Assembly: GCA_034926785.1 (NCBI GenBank)
Contig: JAYFQU010000021.1
Span: 846 to 64,845 of the forward strand
Direction of reading: 5' to 3'
Length of the DNA: 64,000 bases
From: Christensenella sp.
Lineage (GTDB): Bacteria; Bacillota; Clostridia; Christensenellales; CAG-138
The notes under the pieces were generated by a model. It saw only the letters and a list, made by a program, of their open reading frames with translations, did not search any database and was not told the origin of the DNA. Made by a program: the position numbers and the translations under genes. Below, piece after piece: positions 10,670 to 21,208 of this stretch (positions are counted from its first letter, which is position 1; each line of letters begins with the position of its first letter).

Positions 10670-12021
10670 TCCCTGTCCCCCCTGTTAAATATAATATGGA
10701 GTATTTCACGCGTATTCGGGGTGATTCTCGCGCGTTCGGAAACGCCTAACCCCACCGCGTAGTAAACCTGATCTCCCGCGCAGAGCAGCGGTAACCACCG
10801 CTCCTCCTTCGGAATCTTCCTGTCGGTAAAAACATCGCTTAGCTTCCGTTCGCCCGGCGCGCCCAGCGGGAAAAACCGATCCGCATTCCGTCTGGATCGA
10901 ACCACCAGATCCTTTGGCAGCGCGCCTGCGTCCAGATAGGCTTCGCTTCCATCCTTCGGCCTTTGCCAGCCGTCCGCTCGATTCGCCCGCAATACGCCAT
11001 ATGGCGTAACGGTCTCCCCGTCCTGCACAAAGGGGACTTCATACTCCTCCGGTTCGGGATAGAGGCCAATCTGAAGAAGTTCCGCGCTCGTCCACGCGAA
11101 GTATCCGCCGGAAAGCTCAATGCGCGTGCCTGTTTGAGCCGTTGAGAGCGCCATCACGCGCCGGATGTCGGATTCCTTGACGTTACCTGTTTGCGCCATC
11201 AGCCGTCTGCGGAGGATCCGTGTACCGATCGGCGCCGCAAGCGCGGCCAGCTTCGTTCTCTCCAGCCCGCCGTTACAGGAAATCTCCCGCTCCGCCTCCT
11301 CCGACAACTGCCGGAGAAATGCTTCATCCTCCGAAACCAGCTTGGCTGTCTTGGCAAGTGCGGAGGCGACGCCTGGGTTCAGGGTTTGCAGCAACGGCAT
11401 CAGCTCGTTTCGGATGCGGTTCCTGGCGGCTCCATTCTCCGCGTTCGTTTCGTCCTCACAGAAGGGCTCGCCCCTCAGTTGGAGGGAAAGGAGGATCTCC
11501 TCCCGGCTCACATCAAGCAGCGGACGTATGATGCGACCGTTTCTCGGCTGCATACCGCAAAGACCGCCCGTTCCGCTGCCGCGGATGAGGTGCAGGAGCA
11601 GCGTCTCCGCCTGATCGTCCTTGTGATGCGCTGTGGCAATCACGTTCGCGTGAAATGCCTCCCTCGCACGCTCCAGAAACGCATAGCGCACTTCGCGCGC
11701 CGCTTGTTCGATGGACTGCCCATGCGCTTTTGCATAAGCGGGCACGCCAATCGTCTCTGTTGCCAGCGGGATTTCGAGCCTCGCGCAGAGCGCCTCGCAG
11801 AACCGCTGGTCGCGATTCGCGTTTTCTCCGCGGATGCCGTGGTTGAGATGCGCGGCAAATAACCCGCCGATTTCGCCCGCATCCCTGCATTCACACAAGG
11901 AGAGCAAAAGCGCGGTGGAATCCGCTCCGCCGGAGAGTGCGACCAGCACCGTATCTCCGGGATCACATCCGCAGGCGGTCAGCTCGGTTTCTCCGATCAG
12001 CCGCCGCTGCCCACAAAACAC
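10666..12021 (-). CDS. tilS: tRNA(Ile)-lysidine synthetase
   Basis: PP-loop ALSGGADS, HLNHGIR, AREVRY, TAHHKDDQAET, RNRIR, TilS C-terminal domain. Confidence 0.96.
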   Translation of the reverse strand: MFCGQRRLIGETELTACGCDPGDTVLVALSGGADSTALLLSLCECRDAGEIGGLFAAHLNHGIRGENANRDQRFCEALCARLEIPLATETIGVPAYAKAHGQSIEQAAREVRYAFLERAREAFHANVIATAHHKDDQAETLLLHLIRGSGTGGLCGMQPRNGRIIRPLLDVSREEILLSLQLRGEPFCEDETNAENGAARNRIRNELMPLLQTLNPGVASALAKTAKLVSEDEAFLRQLSEEAEREISCNGGLERTKLAALAAPIGTRILRRRLMAQTGNVKESDIRRVMALSTAQTGTRIELSGGYFAWTSAELLQIGLYPEPEEYEVPFVQDGETVTPYGVLRANRADGWQRPKDGSEAYLDAGALPKDLVVRSRRNADRFFPLGAPGERKLSDVFTDRKIPKEERWLPLLCAGDQVYYAVGLGVSERARITPNTREILHIIFNRGDRD

Positions 12022-12136
12022 CGCATAGATCTCCAGAATGAAATATAGTGCTATTCTACCCGCATCAATTTCGTTTTACAAGAGCAAAGGGAAAAATACC
12101 GCCACATGTCGCAAACAATTCACGATACGGTATCTT

Positions 12137-12165
12137 TTGACATGATTTTCGTTATCCTCTATACT
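12137..12165 (+). promoter_or_regulatory. Sigma-A promoter of radC
   Basis: TTGACA-N17-TATACT; GGAGG RBS downstream. Confidence 0.75.
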
Positions 12166-12191
12166 GGTAGAGCAAACAACGGGAGGCCGAC

Positions 12192-12983
12192 ATGCCGGAT
12201 TCCATACACAGCGGGCATCGCGAGCGGATTCGCGAACAATATAAAGCACACGGCGCCGATGCGTTTCTGGATCACCAGTTCCTCGAGCTTTTGTTGACCT
12301 ACGCCATTCCGCGAAAGGATACCAACGAGCTCGCGCATTTGCTCCTGGAGCGCTTCGGTTCGCTGGAGGGTGTAGTTACGGCGGAGATTGCCCAGCTCAT
12401 GCTGGTAGATGGCGTCGGCGAGAGCGCGGCGGTCTTCCTGCGGATGCAGGGAGACCTGTTTCGCCGTCTTCGGCTGCATCGGCTGGCGGATGCTCGCGGA
12501 GCCGTTCGCCTGAGCTCTCCGGTAGAGGCCGCGCGGTATGCCGTTTCGCAGCTTTCGCTCAACACCTATGAAACCGTGCTCGTCGTCTGCCTCAACGCAA
12601 AGAAGATGGTGCAGAGTTGCGAGCGGATCCTTGGCGGTTCGTTGATCGAAGCGCAAATCTATCCGCGCAACATCGCGGAGATGGCGCTTCTGAGGCGGGC
12701 GCATGGCATCCTCCTGATTCATAACCACCCCTCCGGCGATCCCGCCCCATCCAAAGCGGATGCGGACACAACCGAATCCGTCCGCGCCGCGTTGGAGAGC
12801 ATCGGGGTGCAGCTGTTCGACCATATCATCGTCGGCGGCGAACACGCCTACAGTTTTTCAACAGGCGCGATCATCGGCGTTTCGGGCGCCGAGGCGGAGG
12901 TGTTTTCGCTGACGGATTATCAAGCGCTTCAATCGCAGGCGGTTCGCTCCAGCTCGCTCCTTCGCGTCATGGAGCCATATTAA
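12192..12983 (+). CDS. radC: RadC / JAB-domain protein (UPF0758)
   Basis: GHRERIR, LELLLTYAIPRKDTN, HhH, HNHPSGDPAPSKAD, LFDHIIVG. Confidence 0.93.
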   Translation: MPDSIHSGHRERIREQYKAHGADAFLDHQFLELLLTYAIPRKDTNELAHLLLERFGSLEGVVTAEIAQLMLVDGVGESAAVFLRMQGDLFRRLRLHRLADARGAVRLSSPVEAARYAVSQLSLNTYETVLVVCLNAKKMVQSCERILGGSLIEAQIYPRNIAEMALLRRAHGILLIHNHPSGDPAPSKADADTTESVRAALESIGVQLFDHIIVGGEHAYSFSTGAIIGVSGAEAEVFSLTDYQALQSQAVRSSSLLRVMEPY

Positions 12984-13032
12984 AAAGAAAGCGAAGATCC
13001 GCATCAACTCAAGCGCATAGCGTTTCACGCGC

Positions 13033-13060
13033 AAAAAAGCGACGGTTCCCCGCCGCTTTT
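13033..13060. terminator. Bidirectional terminator between radC and the SIMPL gene
   Basis: AAAAGCGACGG...CCGCCGCTTTT; A-tract and T-tract on either side. Confidence 0.6.
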
Positions 13061-13075
13061 GTGTTTATATGCGCG

Positions 13076-13843
13076 TCAGTTCTGCGGCTGCGCCGCCGAT
13101 ATTTGATAGGTAACGGTAACCGCCGCATCAACCGCAATCGAACTGCTCTTAAACGCAACCCCGGCCAGCTGGCTCTCGATCGGCGATTCTGAAACGGAGA
13201 GAATCCCGCCAAGAATTACGCCGCCCGCGGCGGCAATGGCCGCCGCCTTCTCCTGCGCGTCCGCCATCGCCGCCGCCAACGCACTGGAATAGGCCGCCGA
13301 CGCGTCGAGCAGACTATAGGTCACCTCGTAGCTTTCCGTAATACGCGCGTCGATGATCGGCGAGAGTATGGCGTTCACGCGGTTGATATCGCTTTCGATA
13401 ATGGTGATGGTGTCCCGCGCAACATATCCCGTAATCGCGCCGTCGCTCTCGCGCGTGCTGCTGCTGAGCGTAACCCCGGAAGTCGTCAGGTTTTTAGTGA
13501 GTACGCCCTGCGCCCCCGCAATTTCCTTTACCTGTTGCGTAACCGTTTCGCAGTTGGCGGCCGCCTCCTCGGAGGTCGCGCTGCTCCCCATTGCAACGAT
13601 GTGAATGGTCGCAAAGTCCGGTGCAGCGATCACTTCGCCCATTCCGCTCACATGAATGGACCGCTCCGGAATCGCCGCTTCGTTGTTGACAATCACCGTT
13701 GGCTGCTCCGGCTTTGCAGTCGGGCCAGGGACGATGTCCCCCTCCTCCTTGCAGCCGGCCAGCGTAAACGCGAGCGCGAGGATAAGCATAGCACCCGTCA
13801 CGAAGCGTATTGTTCGTCCGAATGCCGTATTTGTCTTCTCCAA
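13076..13843 (-). CDS. SIMPL (DUF541) domain lipoprotein
   Basis: Lipobox LAGC; IHVSGMGEVIAAPDFATI...AMADAQEKAAAIAAAGGVILG..VTVTY. Confidence 0.8.
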   Translation of the reverse strand: MEKTNTAFGRTIRFVTGAMLILALAFTLAGCKEEGDIVPGPTAKPEQPTVIVNNEAAIPERSIHVSGMGEVIAAPDFATIHIVAMGSSATSEEAAANCETVTQQVKEIAGAQGVLTKNLTTSGVTLSSSTRESDGAITGYVARDTITIIESDINRVNAILSPIIDARITESYEVTYSLLDASAAYSSALAAAMADAQEKAAAIAAAGGVILGGILSVSESPIESQLAGVAFKSSSIAVDAAVTVTYQISAAQPQN

Positions 13844-13847
13844 TGAT

Positions 13848-14804
13848 TTATCCCTCCAGATCCACGCGGTTTTGCAGTGTTCCGTTGATGAATGCGTTCA
13901 GGTTGCTCGCCGCCGTGTCGACAAGGCGCTTTCGCGCGTCGCGCGGTATCCAGGCAACGTGCGGGGTAATCAGGCAATTCTTCGCCGCTAGCAGCGGATT
14001 GTCCGGCGAGATCGGTTCGCCGTCGACAACATCAAGTCCGGCCGCATAGAGCCGCCCCTCGTTGAGCGCGTGCGCCAGGTCGGCGGAGTTTACCAGCGTT
14101 CCCCGCGCGGTGTTGATTAAAATCGCGCTGCGCTTCATCAGCGCAAGCGTACCGCTGTTCACAACGCCGCGTGTCTCGCTCGTCGCTGCGCAGTGGAGCG
14201 AGAGCACATCGCTTTCGCGAAACAGTTCTTCCTGCGAGACATATTCCCCGCAGAATTCCGCCCGTCTGCTCCGGCTGTGGCCAATAACACGCATGCCCAG
14301 CGCGCTTGCAATGCGCGCCGTCGCGCAGCCGATGTCACCCGTGCCAAGCACGCCGAATGTTCTGCCGTTGAGCGAGAGAATCGGCGCGTCCCAGAGGCAG
14401 TCGCCCGGCAGTTGGGTCCAGCGGCCCTTCCGAAGCTCCGTGTCCAGCGCGCGTGTGCGGTTGGTCAATTCAAGCAGCAGCGCGATTGCATGCTGCGCCA
14501 CCGCCTCTGTCGAATAACCCGGCACATTGCAGACGGCAATTTGATGCCGCCGTGCAGCGGCCAGATCAATCTTGTCATAGCCCGTCGCAAATATGCCGAG
14601 AAAGCGCAGGTTCGGCGCGGCGGCAAACTCAGCTTCGCCGAGTCTGCCCCTGTTGGTAAACGCGATATCGGCGTTTTTCAGCCGCTCGCCAATCCGCGCA
14701 GGCGGCGTGTAATCGTATACGGTCAGTTCGCCAAATTGCGCAATCGGCGCCCAGTCTATGTCTCCGGGGTTTACGGAATACGCGTCAAGAATTACAATGT
14801 TCAT
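13848..14804 (-). CDS. D-2-hydroxyacid dehydrogenase (glycerate dehydrogenase-like)
   Basis: MNIVILDAYSVNPGD, ATGYD, NVPGYST, GTGDIG, INTARG, AGLDV, ITPHVAW. Confidence 0.92.
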   Translation of the reverse strand: MNIVILDAYSVNPGDIDWAPIAQFGELTVYDYTPPARIGERLKNADIAFTNRGRLGEAEFAAAPNLRFLGIFATGYDKIDLAAARRHQIAVCNVPGYSTEAVAQHAIALLLELTNRTRALDTELRKGRWTQLPGDCLWDAPILSLNGRTFGVLGTGDIGCATARIASALGMRVIGHSRSRRAEFCGEYVSQEELFRESDVLSLHCAATSETRGVVNSGTLALMKRSAILINTARGTLVNSADLAHALNEGRLYAAGLDVVDGEPISPDNPLLAAKNCLITPHVAWIPRDARKRLVDTAASNLNAFINGTLQNRVDLEG

Positions 14805-14921
14805 CCATTTCTCCAGGGTTTTCTGCTTCTTCCAAAGTATAGCGCATCTGTCGTTGGCTGACAAGCGAGCAACCCGGATTGATTCGACGCTCTGCCAAAC
14901 CTTCCCGAATCGTGTCTTACA

Positions 14922-14950
14922 TTGCAGGGCATCGCAATATGTTGTATAAT
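14922..14950 (+). promoter_or_regulatory. Sigma-A promoter of the ftsK-rimO-pgsA-cinA operon
   Basis: TTGCAG-N17-TATAAT. Confidence 0.6.
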
Positions 14951-15053
14951 AAATTGATAGATTGGCGTAATACACACTTTTAAGTCCATCGGCATCCATT
15001 CGCCAAATCCAGCTGAAAAACCGGAAGAACCGTTTTTTGATGAAAAGAAAGGA

Positions 15054-17801
15054 TTGAAAACATCTTTGGCATCCAAAGCAGTCAACGAAACATCCAGCGG
15101 ACGAAAAACAGCCGATAAGAGCGGCAGCCAAACGCGCGACAAGGCCGCATCCGAAGCAAGCGGCGTGTTGCTCATCGCCTGCGGTATTCTCGCGGCGGCA
15201 TATCTCTTTTTTTCCGCGACCGGATACCTCGGCGAAATGCTCGGAAAAGCGCTGTTTGGCATGATCGGCGTCATTGCCTATGCGCTGCCGGTCATTCTTC
15301 TCGGCGTTGGCATTATCTATATTCGCGGGAGCACGAACGCGCGTCTGAATGGTTCGGGTTGGTACTTATTGTTGAGCATTCTTGCGCTGGTTACGCTGCT
15401 CAATACGGCGCGCGGCAAGTCCGTTGAAGTCGAAAAATATATGGATTATATCAACGAGGCGTTGTATGTCGGCCAAAATGCGCATCTTGGCGGCGGTTTC
15501 ATCGGCGCTGTTTTGAGTTTTCCTCTGCTTAAGCTTGGCGGGCCGACGCTCGCCTATATCACCAGCATCGCGCTAATCCTCATCTGTCTCATCAAGATTA
15601 CGGGCTTCTCTCTGCGGGATGCCTCCGATCTTCTCACAGAAAAAGTAGTAACCGCGATGGAGAACTCGCGCGAGCCGGCCATCGCGGGCGAAACACGCGA
15701 AAACCATAAGCTCTTTACCGTCACGCTGGAGGACGACGCACCGCAGCTGCCCGCAAAGGGTAGGCGCGGCGCTCTGACGGAGGCCGTTGTTGAGCCTTCG
15801 GCGAAGGCTAGAGGGAAGCGGTCGCCCGTCCTGGAAGAAGAACCGGTCATCGACCTCTTTGAAAAGACTCCAAAATCAAAAGCTCGGACGGTTGCGTCCG
15901 CAAAAACGGCGGAGTTAAAGCCGTTCTCCGCGCAAAAGGGCGAGTTTCAAACCAGCTCGGGCGCAAAGGCGACGGCAAAAAAGCCGCAAAAAATCAGCAG
16001 CGATCTCTGGGATGATATCGACTTTGAACCGGCGGATGACGTGCCCGCCGTGGTCAAGGCCGGCGCAGTGCAAATCCCCAAACCCGTGGTGCACCTGCCG
16101 GATCCATCGCCGCTTTTTGGTGCGAAAATTCCTGACCAGACTGCCAAGGCAACCGCGAAGGCAGCCGCAAAACCGGCAAGCCGGGAGGGTATGCCCGCTC
16201 GCCAGCCCGGGGTAAAGACGCCGCCGGCCGACAAACGAACGGGCGAAAAACCAAAAACGCCGCCGGAGGTCATCATCGGTGACGGGCAGTATCACGCACC
16301 CTCTCTGGAGCTGCTGAATCATCCCGGCGCGAAGGCGGACGATGAGAGCGACACGCCGGAGGAAAAGGCGCGCATTCTCATCGAAACGTTACAGAGTTTC
16401 CGCATCGGCGCAACGGTGACCAACATCGCCGTTGGCCCCGCGCTGACCCGAATTGAGATTCAGCCCGCACCCGGGACGCGCATTTCGCGCATTACCGCGC
16501 TGCAAAACGATATCACAATGGCGCTTGCCGCGCCGCGCCTGCGCATGGAGGCGCCGATTCCCGGTAAAAATGCCATCGGCGTAGAGATCCCGAATAAGGG
16601 CTCCACGCTCGTCGTATTGCGGGATATCATCGAGAGCAAGGAATTTAAAAACAGCGCCTCCCCCGTTACCATGGCCCTTGGCCGCGAAGCGAGCGGGAAG
16701 GTCATCGTTGCGGATCTTACGCGCATGCCGCATATGCTCATCGCCGGGGCAACGGGTTCGGGCAAGAGCGTCTGTATCAACGATATCATCGTTTCGATGA
16801 TCTATAAGTCCTCCCCTGCGGATGTGCGCTTTATCCTGATCGACCCCAAGATGGTTGAGATGACCATGTATGGCTCGCTGCCGCATCTGCTCATCCCCGT
16901 GGTGACGGAGCCGAAGAAGGCGGCCGGCGCCATGCGCTGGGCGGTCAAAGAGATGACCGACCGCTATAAAACCTTCTCCTCGGCCAACGCGCGCAATTTG
17001 GATCGCTACAACGAGCATGTGGAAAATCCGGCGGATCGTCTGCCGCGCATCGTTGTCATCATCGACGAGCTGGCCGACCTCATGATGGTCGCGCCCGAAG
17101 AGGTCGAGGACAGTATCCGCCGCATCGCGCAGCTTGGCCGCGCGGCGGGCATCCATCTCATCCTCGCAACCCAGCGGCCGGACGCAACGGTCATCACCGG
17201 CCTGATCAAGGCAAACATCCCCTCGCGCGCCGCGTTTGCTGTCAGCTCCGCAACCAACAGCCGAATCATTCTCGATATGGGCGGTGCGGAAAAACTGCTT
17301 GGGCACGGTGATATGCTCTTCCATCCGGATGGATCCGCCAAACCGACCCGTCTGCAATGCGCCTATGTTTCAGACGAAGAGGTGGAGCGCATCGTGTCGC
17401 ACTTTAGGGTGAGCACGAGCCGTCCGGTATTCAACGATCAGATTCTGGACGATGTCTCCGCGCTGGAGAAGAGCGGAGCCACCGGCGGCGTATTTGGCGA
17501 GGGCAAGCAGGAGGACGAGCTCCTCGGCGAGGCCGTTCGCGTCGTGTTTGAGCATGGTCAGGCCAGCACCAGCATGGTACAGCGAAGGCTCCGCGTGGGC
17601 TATGCCCGCGCATCCCGCCTCATCGACATCATGGAACAAAAGGGTTATGTCTCCGGCTTCAACGGCAGCAAGGCGCGCGAGGTATTGATCAAGCGTGCGC
17701 AGCTCGAGGAGCTCTTTGGTGATGGGACACCCGTTGCCGATCCGCCCGCGCATGAGCGCGAACCCAACCCCATGTCAAGTTTTTATCGGGACGACAACTG
17801 A
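15054..17801 (+). CDS. ftsK: DNA translocase FtsK/SpoIIIE
   Basis: N-terminal TMs, linker, IAGATGSGKSV, IIDELADLMM, LATQRP, gamma domain QRRLRVGYARASRLID. Confidence 0.97.
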   Translation: MKTSLASKAVNETSSGRKTADKSGSQTRDKAASEASGVLLIACGILAAAYLFFSATGYLGEMLGKALFGMIGVIAYALPVILLGVGIIYIRGSTNARLNGSGWYLLLSILALVTLLNTARGKSVEVEKYMDYINEALYVGQNAHLGGGFIGAVLSFPLLKLGGPTLAYITSIALILICLIKITGFSLRDASDLLTEKVVTAMENSREPAIAGETRENHKLFTVTLEDDAPQLPAKGRRGALTEAVVEPSAKARGKRSPVLEEEPVIDLFEKTPKSKARTVASAKTAELKPFSAQKGEFQTSSGAKATAKKPQKISSDLWDDIDFEPADDVPAVVKAGAVQIPKPVVHLPDPSPLFGAKIPDQTAKATAKAAAKPASREGMPARQPGVKTPPADKRTGEKPKTPPEVIIGDGQYHAPSLELLNHPGAKADDESDTPEEKARILIETLQSFRIGATVTNIAVGPALTRIEIQPAPGTRISRITALQNDITMALAAPRLRMEAPIPGKNAIGVEIPNKGSTLVVLRDIIESKEFKNSASPVTMALGREASGKVIVADLTRMPHMLIAGATGSGKSVCINDIIVSMIYKSSPADVRFILIDPKMVEMTMYGSLPHLLIPVVTEPKKAAGAMRWAVKEMTDRYKTFSSANARNLDRYNEHVENPADRLPRIVVIIDELADLMMVAPEEVEDSIRRIAQLGRAAGIHLILATQRPDATVITGLIKANIPSRAAFAVSSATNSRIILDMGGAEKLLGHGDMLFHPDGSAKPTRLQCAYVSDEEVERIVSHFRVSTSRPVFNDQILDDVSALEKSGATGGVFGEGKQEDELLGEAVRVVFEHGQASTSMVQRRLRVGYARASRLIDIMEQKGYVSGFNGSKAREVLIKRAQLEELFGDGTPVADPPAHEREPNPMSSFYRDDN

Positions 17802-17841
17802 TTCGCTCGCCCCGCATCGAAAGTAAGGAGTATTCTGAACT

Positions 17842-19137
17842 ATGGCAACCATCGGCGTGATCTCGCTCGGCTGCGCAAAAAACCAGGTGGATACCGAACG
17901 CATGCTCGGCTTGCTCACGGAATCCGGTCATATCATTACAAACGATCCCGCCGAAGCGGATGTACTCGTCGTGAACACCTGCGGCTTCATCGAGAGTGCA
18001 AAGCAGGAATCCATCAACGCAATCCTCGAAATGGCGCAATATAAGCGGGGCGGAAAATGCCGCCGTCTGGTCGTAACCGGCTGCCTTTCGGAGCGCTATC
18101 GCGGCGAATTGCAGGAGGCTATGCCCGAGATTGATTTGTTGCTTGGGGTCAGGGAATACGAATCCCTGCCACGCCTACTCGGCGGCAGGCAGGATGCGCC
18201 GCACTGCGGCCCCGCTACCGCGCGCGTGCTTACCACGCCGCGCTACAGCGCCTATCTGCGGATTGCGGACGGTTGCGACAACCGCTGCGCCTATTGCGCG
18301 ATCCCGCTTATTCGGGGCAATCTCGTCAGCGAACCGCTGGAAGAGCTGGTGGAGGAAGCCGCTCGCCTCGCCGAAGGAGGCGTGACGGAGCTGACGCTTA
18401 TCGCGCAGGATACCTCCGGCTATGGCATCGACCGCTACGGCAAGCCAATGCTGCCGGATCTGCTTTCACGTTTGGAGCAAATCGATTCCCTGCATTGGAT
18501 TCGTGTGCTCTATACCTATCCCGATACGGTCACGCCGGAGCTCATCGATCGCTTCCGGGCCGGCGGAAAGGTGTTGCCCTATTTGGATATGCCCCTGCAG
18601 CACACTGAGGATGAGATACTCCGCCGCATGTATCGGCGCGGCGATCAGGCGCATATCAGGAACGTGCTGGATTATGTGGCCCGGCATGCACCGGAGTTCA
18701 TGCTCCGCACCACGCTGATGGTTGGCTTCCCCGGCGAAACGGAGGAGCACTTTTCCCATATGCTTCGCTTTATTCAGGAGCATCCGTTCGATCGCGTCGG
18801 CGCATTTTCGTTTTCCCCGGAGGAAGGGACGGCTGCCGCATCCCTGCCGAATCAGGTGCCGGATGAAGTCAAGCAAGAACGCTTGTCAACGCTTATGGAG
18901 ACCCAGCGAACCATCTCCCGTGCGCGCAACGAACGCCGGATCGGGCAGCGGGTCGAGGTGTTGATCGAGGGATTTGACGGCTCTCGCGCATACGGGCGCA
19001 GCTATGCCGAGGCGCCGGATGTCGACGGGAGAATCTATCTGGAGGGTACGGGCGCGCTGCCGGTCGGCAGTTATGTGTCCGCCCGTCTGACCCGCGCAGA
19101 GGAATATGATATGATCGGCGAACTCGCCGGAAACTAA
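17842..19137 (+). CDS. rimO: Ribosomal protein S12 methylthiotransferase RimO
   Basis: SLGCAKNQVD, NTCGFI, radical SAM GCDNRCAYC, TRAM with APDVDG. Confidence 0.95.
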   Translation: MATIGVISLGCAKNQVDTERMLGLLTESGHIITNDPAEADVLVVNTCGFIESAKQESINAILEMAQYKRGGKCRRLVVTGCLSERYRGELQEAMPEIDLLLGVREYESLPRLLGGRQDAPHCGPATARVLTTPRYSAYLRIADGCDNRCAYCAIPLIRGNLVSEPLEELVEEAARLAEGGVTELTLIAQDTSGYGIDRYGKPMLPDLLSRLEQIDSLHWIRVLYTYPDTVTPELIDRFRAGGKVLPYLDMPLQHTEDEILRRMYRRGDQAHIRNVLDYVARHAPEFMLRTTLMVGFPGETEEHFSHMLRFIQEHPFDRVGAFSFSPEEGTAAASLPNQVPDEVKQERLSTLMETQRTISRARNERRIGQRVEVLIEGFDGSRAYGRSYAEAPDVDGRIYLEGTGALPVGSYVSARLTRAEEYDMIGELAGN

Positions 19138-19178
19138 TCCGCAATCGCGCAGAAATTTCGCAGAACAGGAAACATAGC

Positions 19179-19766
19179 ATGGAACAGATGACGCCTGACA
19201 CGAAGCCAAAAAGAGAAAAAATGAACCTGCCCAACCGCCTGACCATCTTCCGCATGGTGCTCGTCCCCCTCATGGTTGCCGCGTTTTCGTTTGACGCATG
19301 GCTCAAGGGTTGGAACTATTATGCGTCGGCGATCTTTTTCATCGCCGACATGACGGATATTCTGGATGGTGCGATTGCCCGCAGGCGCAATCTGGTCACC
19401 AACTTTGGCAAGCTTATGGATCCCATCGCGGATAAGCTTCTGTTCTGTTCGGCGTTCATCATGATGACCTACAACGGCATGCTCAACCCCATCTTGGCCA
19501 TCATTTTTGTCGGTCGGGAGATCATCGTCTCCGGGTTTCGGCTCGTTACCGCCAACAGTGGAAAAATCATCGCCGCAAACTGGCTCGGGAAACTTAAGAG
19601 CGGGCTTCAGGTTGTCGCAATTCTCGCAACGCTGCTCGGCAACCCGATCTTCTCCCGCTGGAATTTTCCGTTTGACTTCGGGGTGATGTGCACCGCCGCG
19701 GTGTTTACCATCTGGTCGGCGGTAGACTATATCGTTGCCAACCGGAAGGCTGTCAACTGGAATTAA
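19179..19766 (+). CDS. pgsA: CDP-diacylglycerol--glycerol-3-phosphate 3-phosphatidyltransferase
   Basis: NLPNRLTIFR, TDILDGAIARR..GKLMDPIADK (the start may be at 19221). Confidence 0.95.
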   Translation: MEQMTPDTKPKREKMNLPNRLTIFRMVLVPLMVAAFSFDAWLKGWNYYASAIFFIADMTDILDGAIARRRNLVTNFGKLMDPIADKLLFCSAFIMMTYNGMLNPILAIIFVGREIIVSGFRLVTANSGKIIAANWLGKLKSGLQVVAILATLLGNPIFSRWNFPFDFGVMCTAAVFTIWSAVDYIVANRKAVNWN

Positions 19767-19829
19767 TCGCTGTTTATCATACAGGAATATCGCGGAAGTA
19801 TCCGCATTGGAATAGGAAGTGAACCCAAC

Positions 19830-21065
19830 ATGATCGCAGAAATTGTCTCCGTTGGTACGGAATTACTCATGGGACAGGTCGTCAATACGGACGCGCAGTT
19901 TATTGCCCAGCGGCTTGCTCCGCTCGGTTTTCAGGTGTTTTATCATACGACCGTGGGCGACAATGTCAAGCGCCTTACGGCGGTTGTCCATCAGGCGGTG
20001 GAGCGCTCGGATGTGGTGGTCTTCACCGGCGGCCTTGGGCCGACCGACGACGACCTGACCAAAGAGACCGTCGCCGCCGCATTAGGGCTGACCGTGGAGC
20101 CCATCCCTGAAGAGGTCGAGCGCCTCAAAAAACATTTTGAAACGCGCGGCTACGATTTTACACCGAACAATCTCAAACAGGCGAGCTTTCCAAGGAGCGC
20201 CTTTATTCTCCCCAATGCCTTCGGCACCGCGCCGGGCTGCATCATGACCGCAGAGAACAAGACAGCGATTCTCCTGCCGGGGCCGCCGCGCGAACTCTTC
20301 CCCATGTTCCAGAATCATGTGATGCCCTATCTGGAGCGGTTGAGCGGAAACAAGCTCTATTCGCGCGAACTGCGCATCTTTGGCAAGGGGGAGTCCTCCG
20401 TAACCTATGAACTGCGCGATATTATCGAGAATCAAACAAACCCCACCGTCGCACCGTATGTCAAGACCGGCGAGGTCTCCCTACGCGTCACCGCCCTTTG
20501 TCAAAGCATGGATGAAGGCGAAGCGCTCGCGTGTCCGATGATTGACGAGATCGTCTCTCGCCTAGGGGACATCGTCTATTCTACGATCGGCGAATCCCTC
20601 CCGGAAACCTGCGCGCGGATGCTCGCGGATGAACACCAGACCCTCGCCGTTGCGGAGAGTTGCACAGGCGGGCTCATCGCGAGCGAGTTTGTCGCGATCC
20701 CCGGATGCTCCCGTTTTCTTTTAGAAGGCTGCGTTACCTATTCCGACGCGTCCAAAATCCGCCGCCTCGGCGTTAAAAAGGAAACACTGGACGCGTTCGG
20801 CGCGGTCAGCGAGCATTGTGCTGCGGAGATGGCGGAGGGCATGCGCCGGTCCTCCGGTGCGGACTATGCGCTTGCGTCAACCGGCTTCGCGGGTCCGGAC
20901 GGCGGAAATGCGGAGAACCCCGTCGGAACCGTCTATGTTGCGCTGGCCAGTGAAAGCGGCACCATCGTCAAGCGCGTGCAGCTCTTCGGCGAGCGGGCGC
21001 GCGTTCGTGAAATCGCCTCGTTGCATGCCTTTGATCTTTTGCGCAGAAAACTCGCCCGGCTCTGA
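19830..21065 (+). CDS. cinA: Competence/damage-inducible protein CinA (with NMN deamidase domain)
   Basis: VGTELLMG, GGLGPTDDDLT, LPGPPREL, AESCTGG, TGFAGP. Confidence 0.95.
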   Translation: MIAEIVSVGTELLMGQVVNTDAQFIAQRLAPLGFQVFYHTTVGDNVKRLTAVVHQAVERSDVVVFTGGLGPTDDDLTKETVAAALGLTVEPIPEEVERLKKHFETRGYDFTPNNLKQASFPRSAFILPNAFGTAPGCIMTAENKTAILLPGPPRELFPMFQNHVMPYLERLSGNKLYSRELRIFGKGESSVTYELRDIIENQTNPTVAPYVKTGEVSLRVTALCQSMDEGEALACPMIDEIVSRLGDIVYSTIGESLPETCARMLADEHQTLAVAESCTGGLIASEFVAIPGCSRFLLEGCVTYSDASKIRRLGVKKETLDAFGAVSEHCAAEMAEGMRRSSGADYALASTGFAGPDGGNAENPVGTVYVALASESGTIVKRVQLFGERARVREIASLHAFDLLRRKLARL

Positions 21066-21125
21066 GTTTTTGTTCGGAATCCGTATCAATTTTCGACAAA
21101 AACGCTGTACGCACGCATCGAGTCA

Positions 21126-21134
21126 TGCTATAAT
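21126..21134 (+). promoter_or_regulatory. Extended -10 promoter element upstream of recA
   Basis: TGCTATAAT about 200 nt upstream of the recA ATG; -35 is weak. Confidence 0.55.
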
Positions 21135-21208
21135 GGTCTGCGGGATGCGATCATTTGTTTCCATCCATAGTGCTGATCATGCGGTTGAAAGCAGTGGCCC
21201 TCTTGGAC

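Noticed and set aside
12192-12983. radC as a marker of a mobile or anti-defence element
   Set aside because: It is the full-length chromosomal type with an HhH N-terminus, and no mobile genes are adjacent.
5781-15131. Extended N-termini in the ORF track for prs (7049) and the 2-hydroxyacid dehydrogenase (15131); likewise yegP (35031) and others
   Set aside because: The extensions overlap promoters or neighbouring genes; downstream starts match family N-termini and have RBSs.
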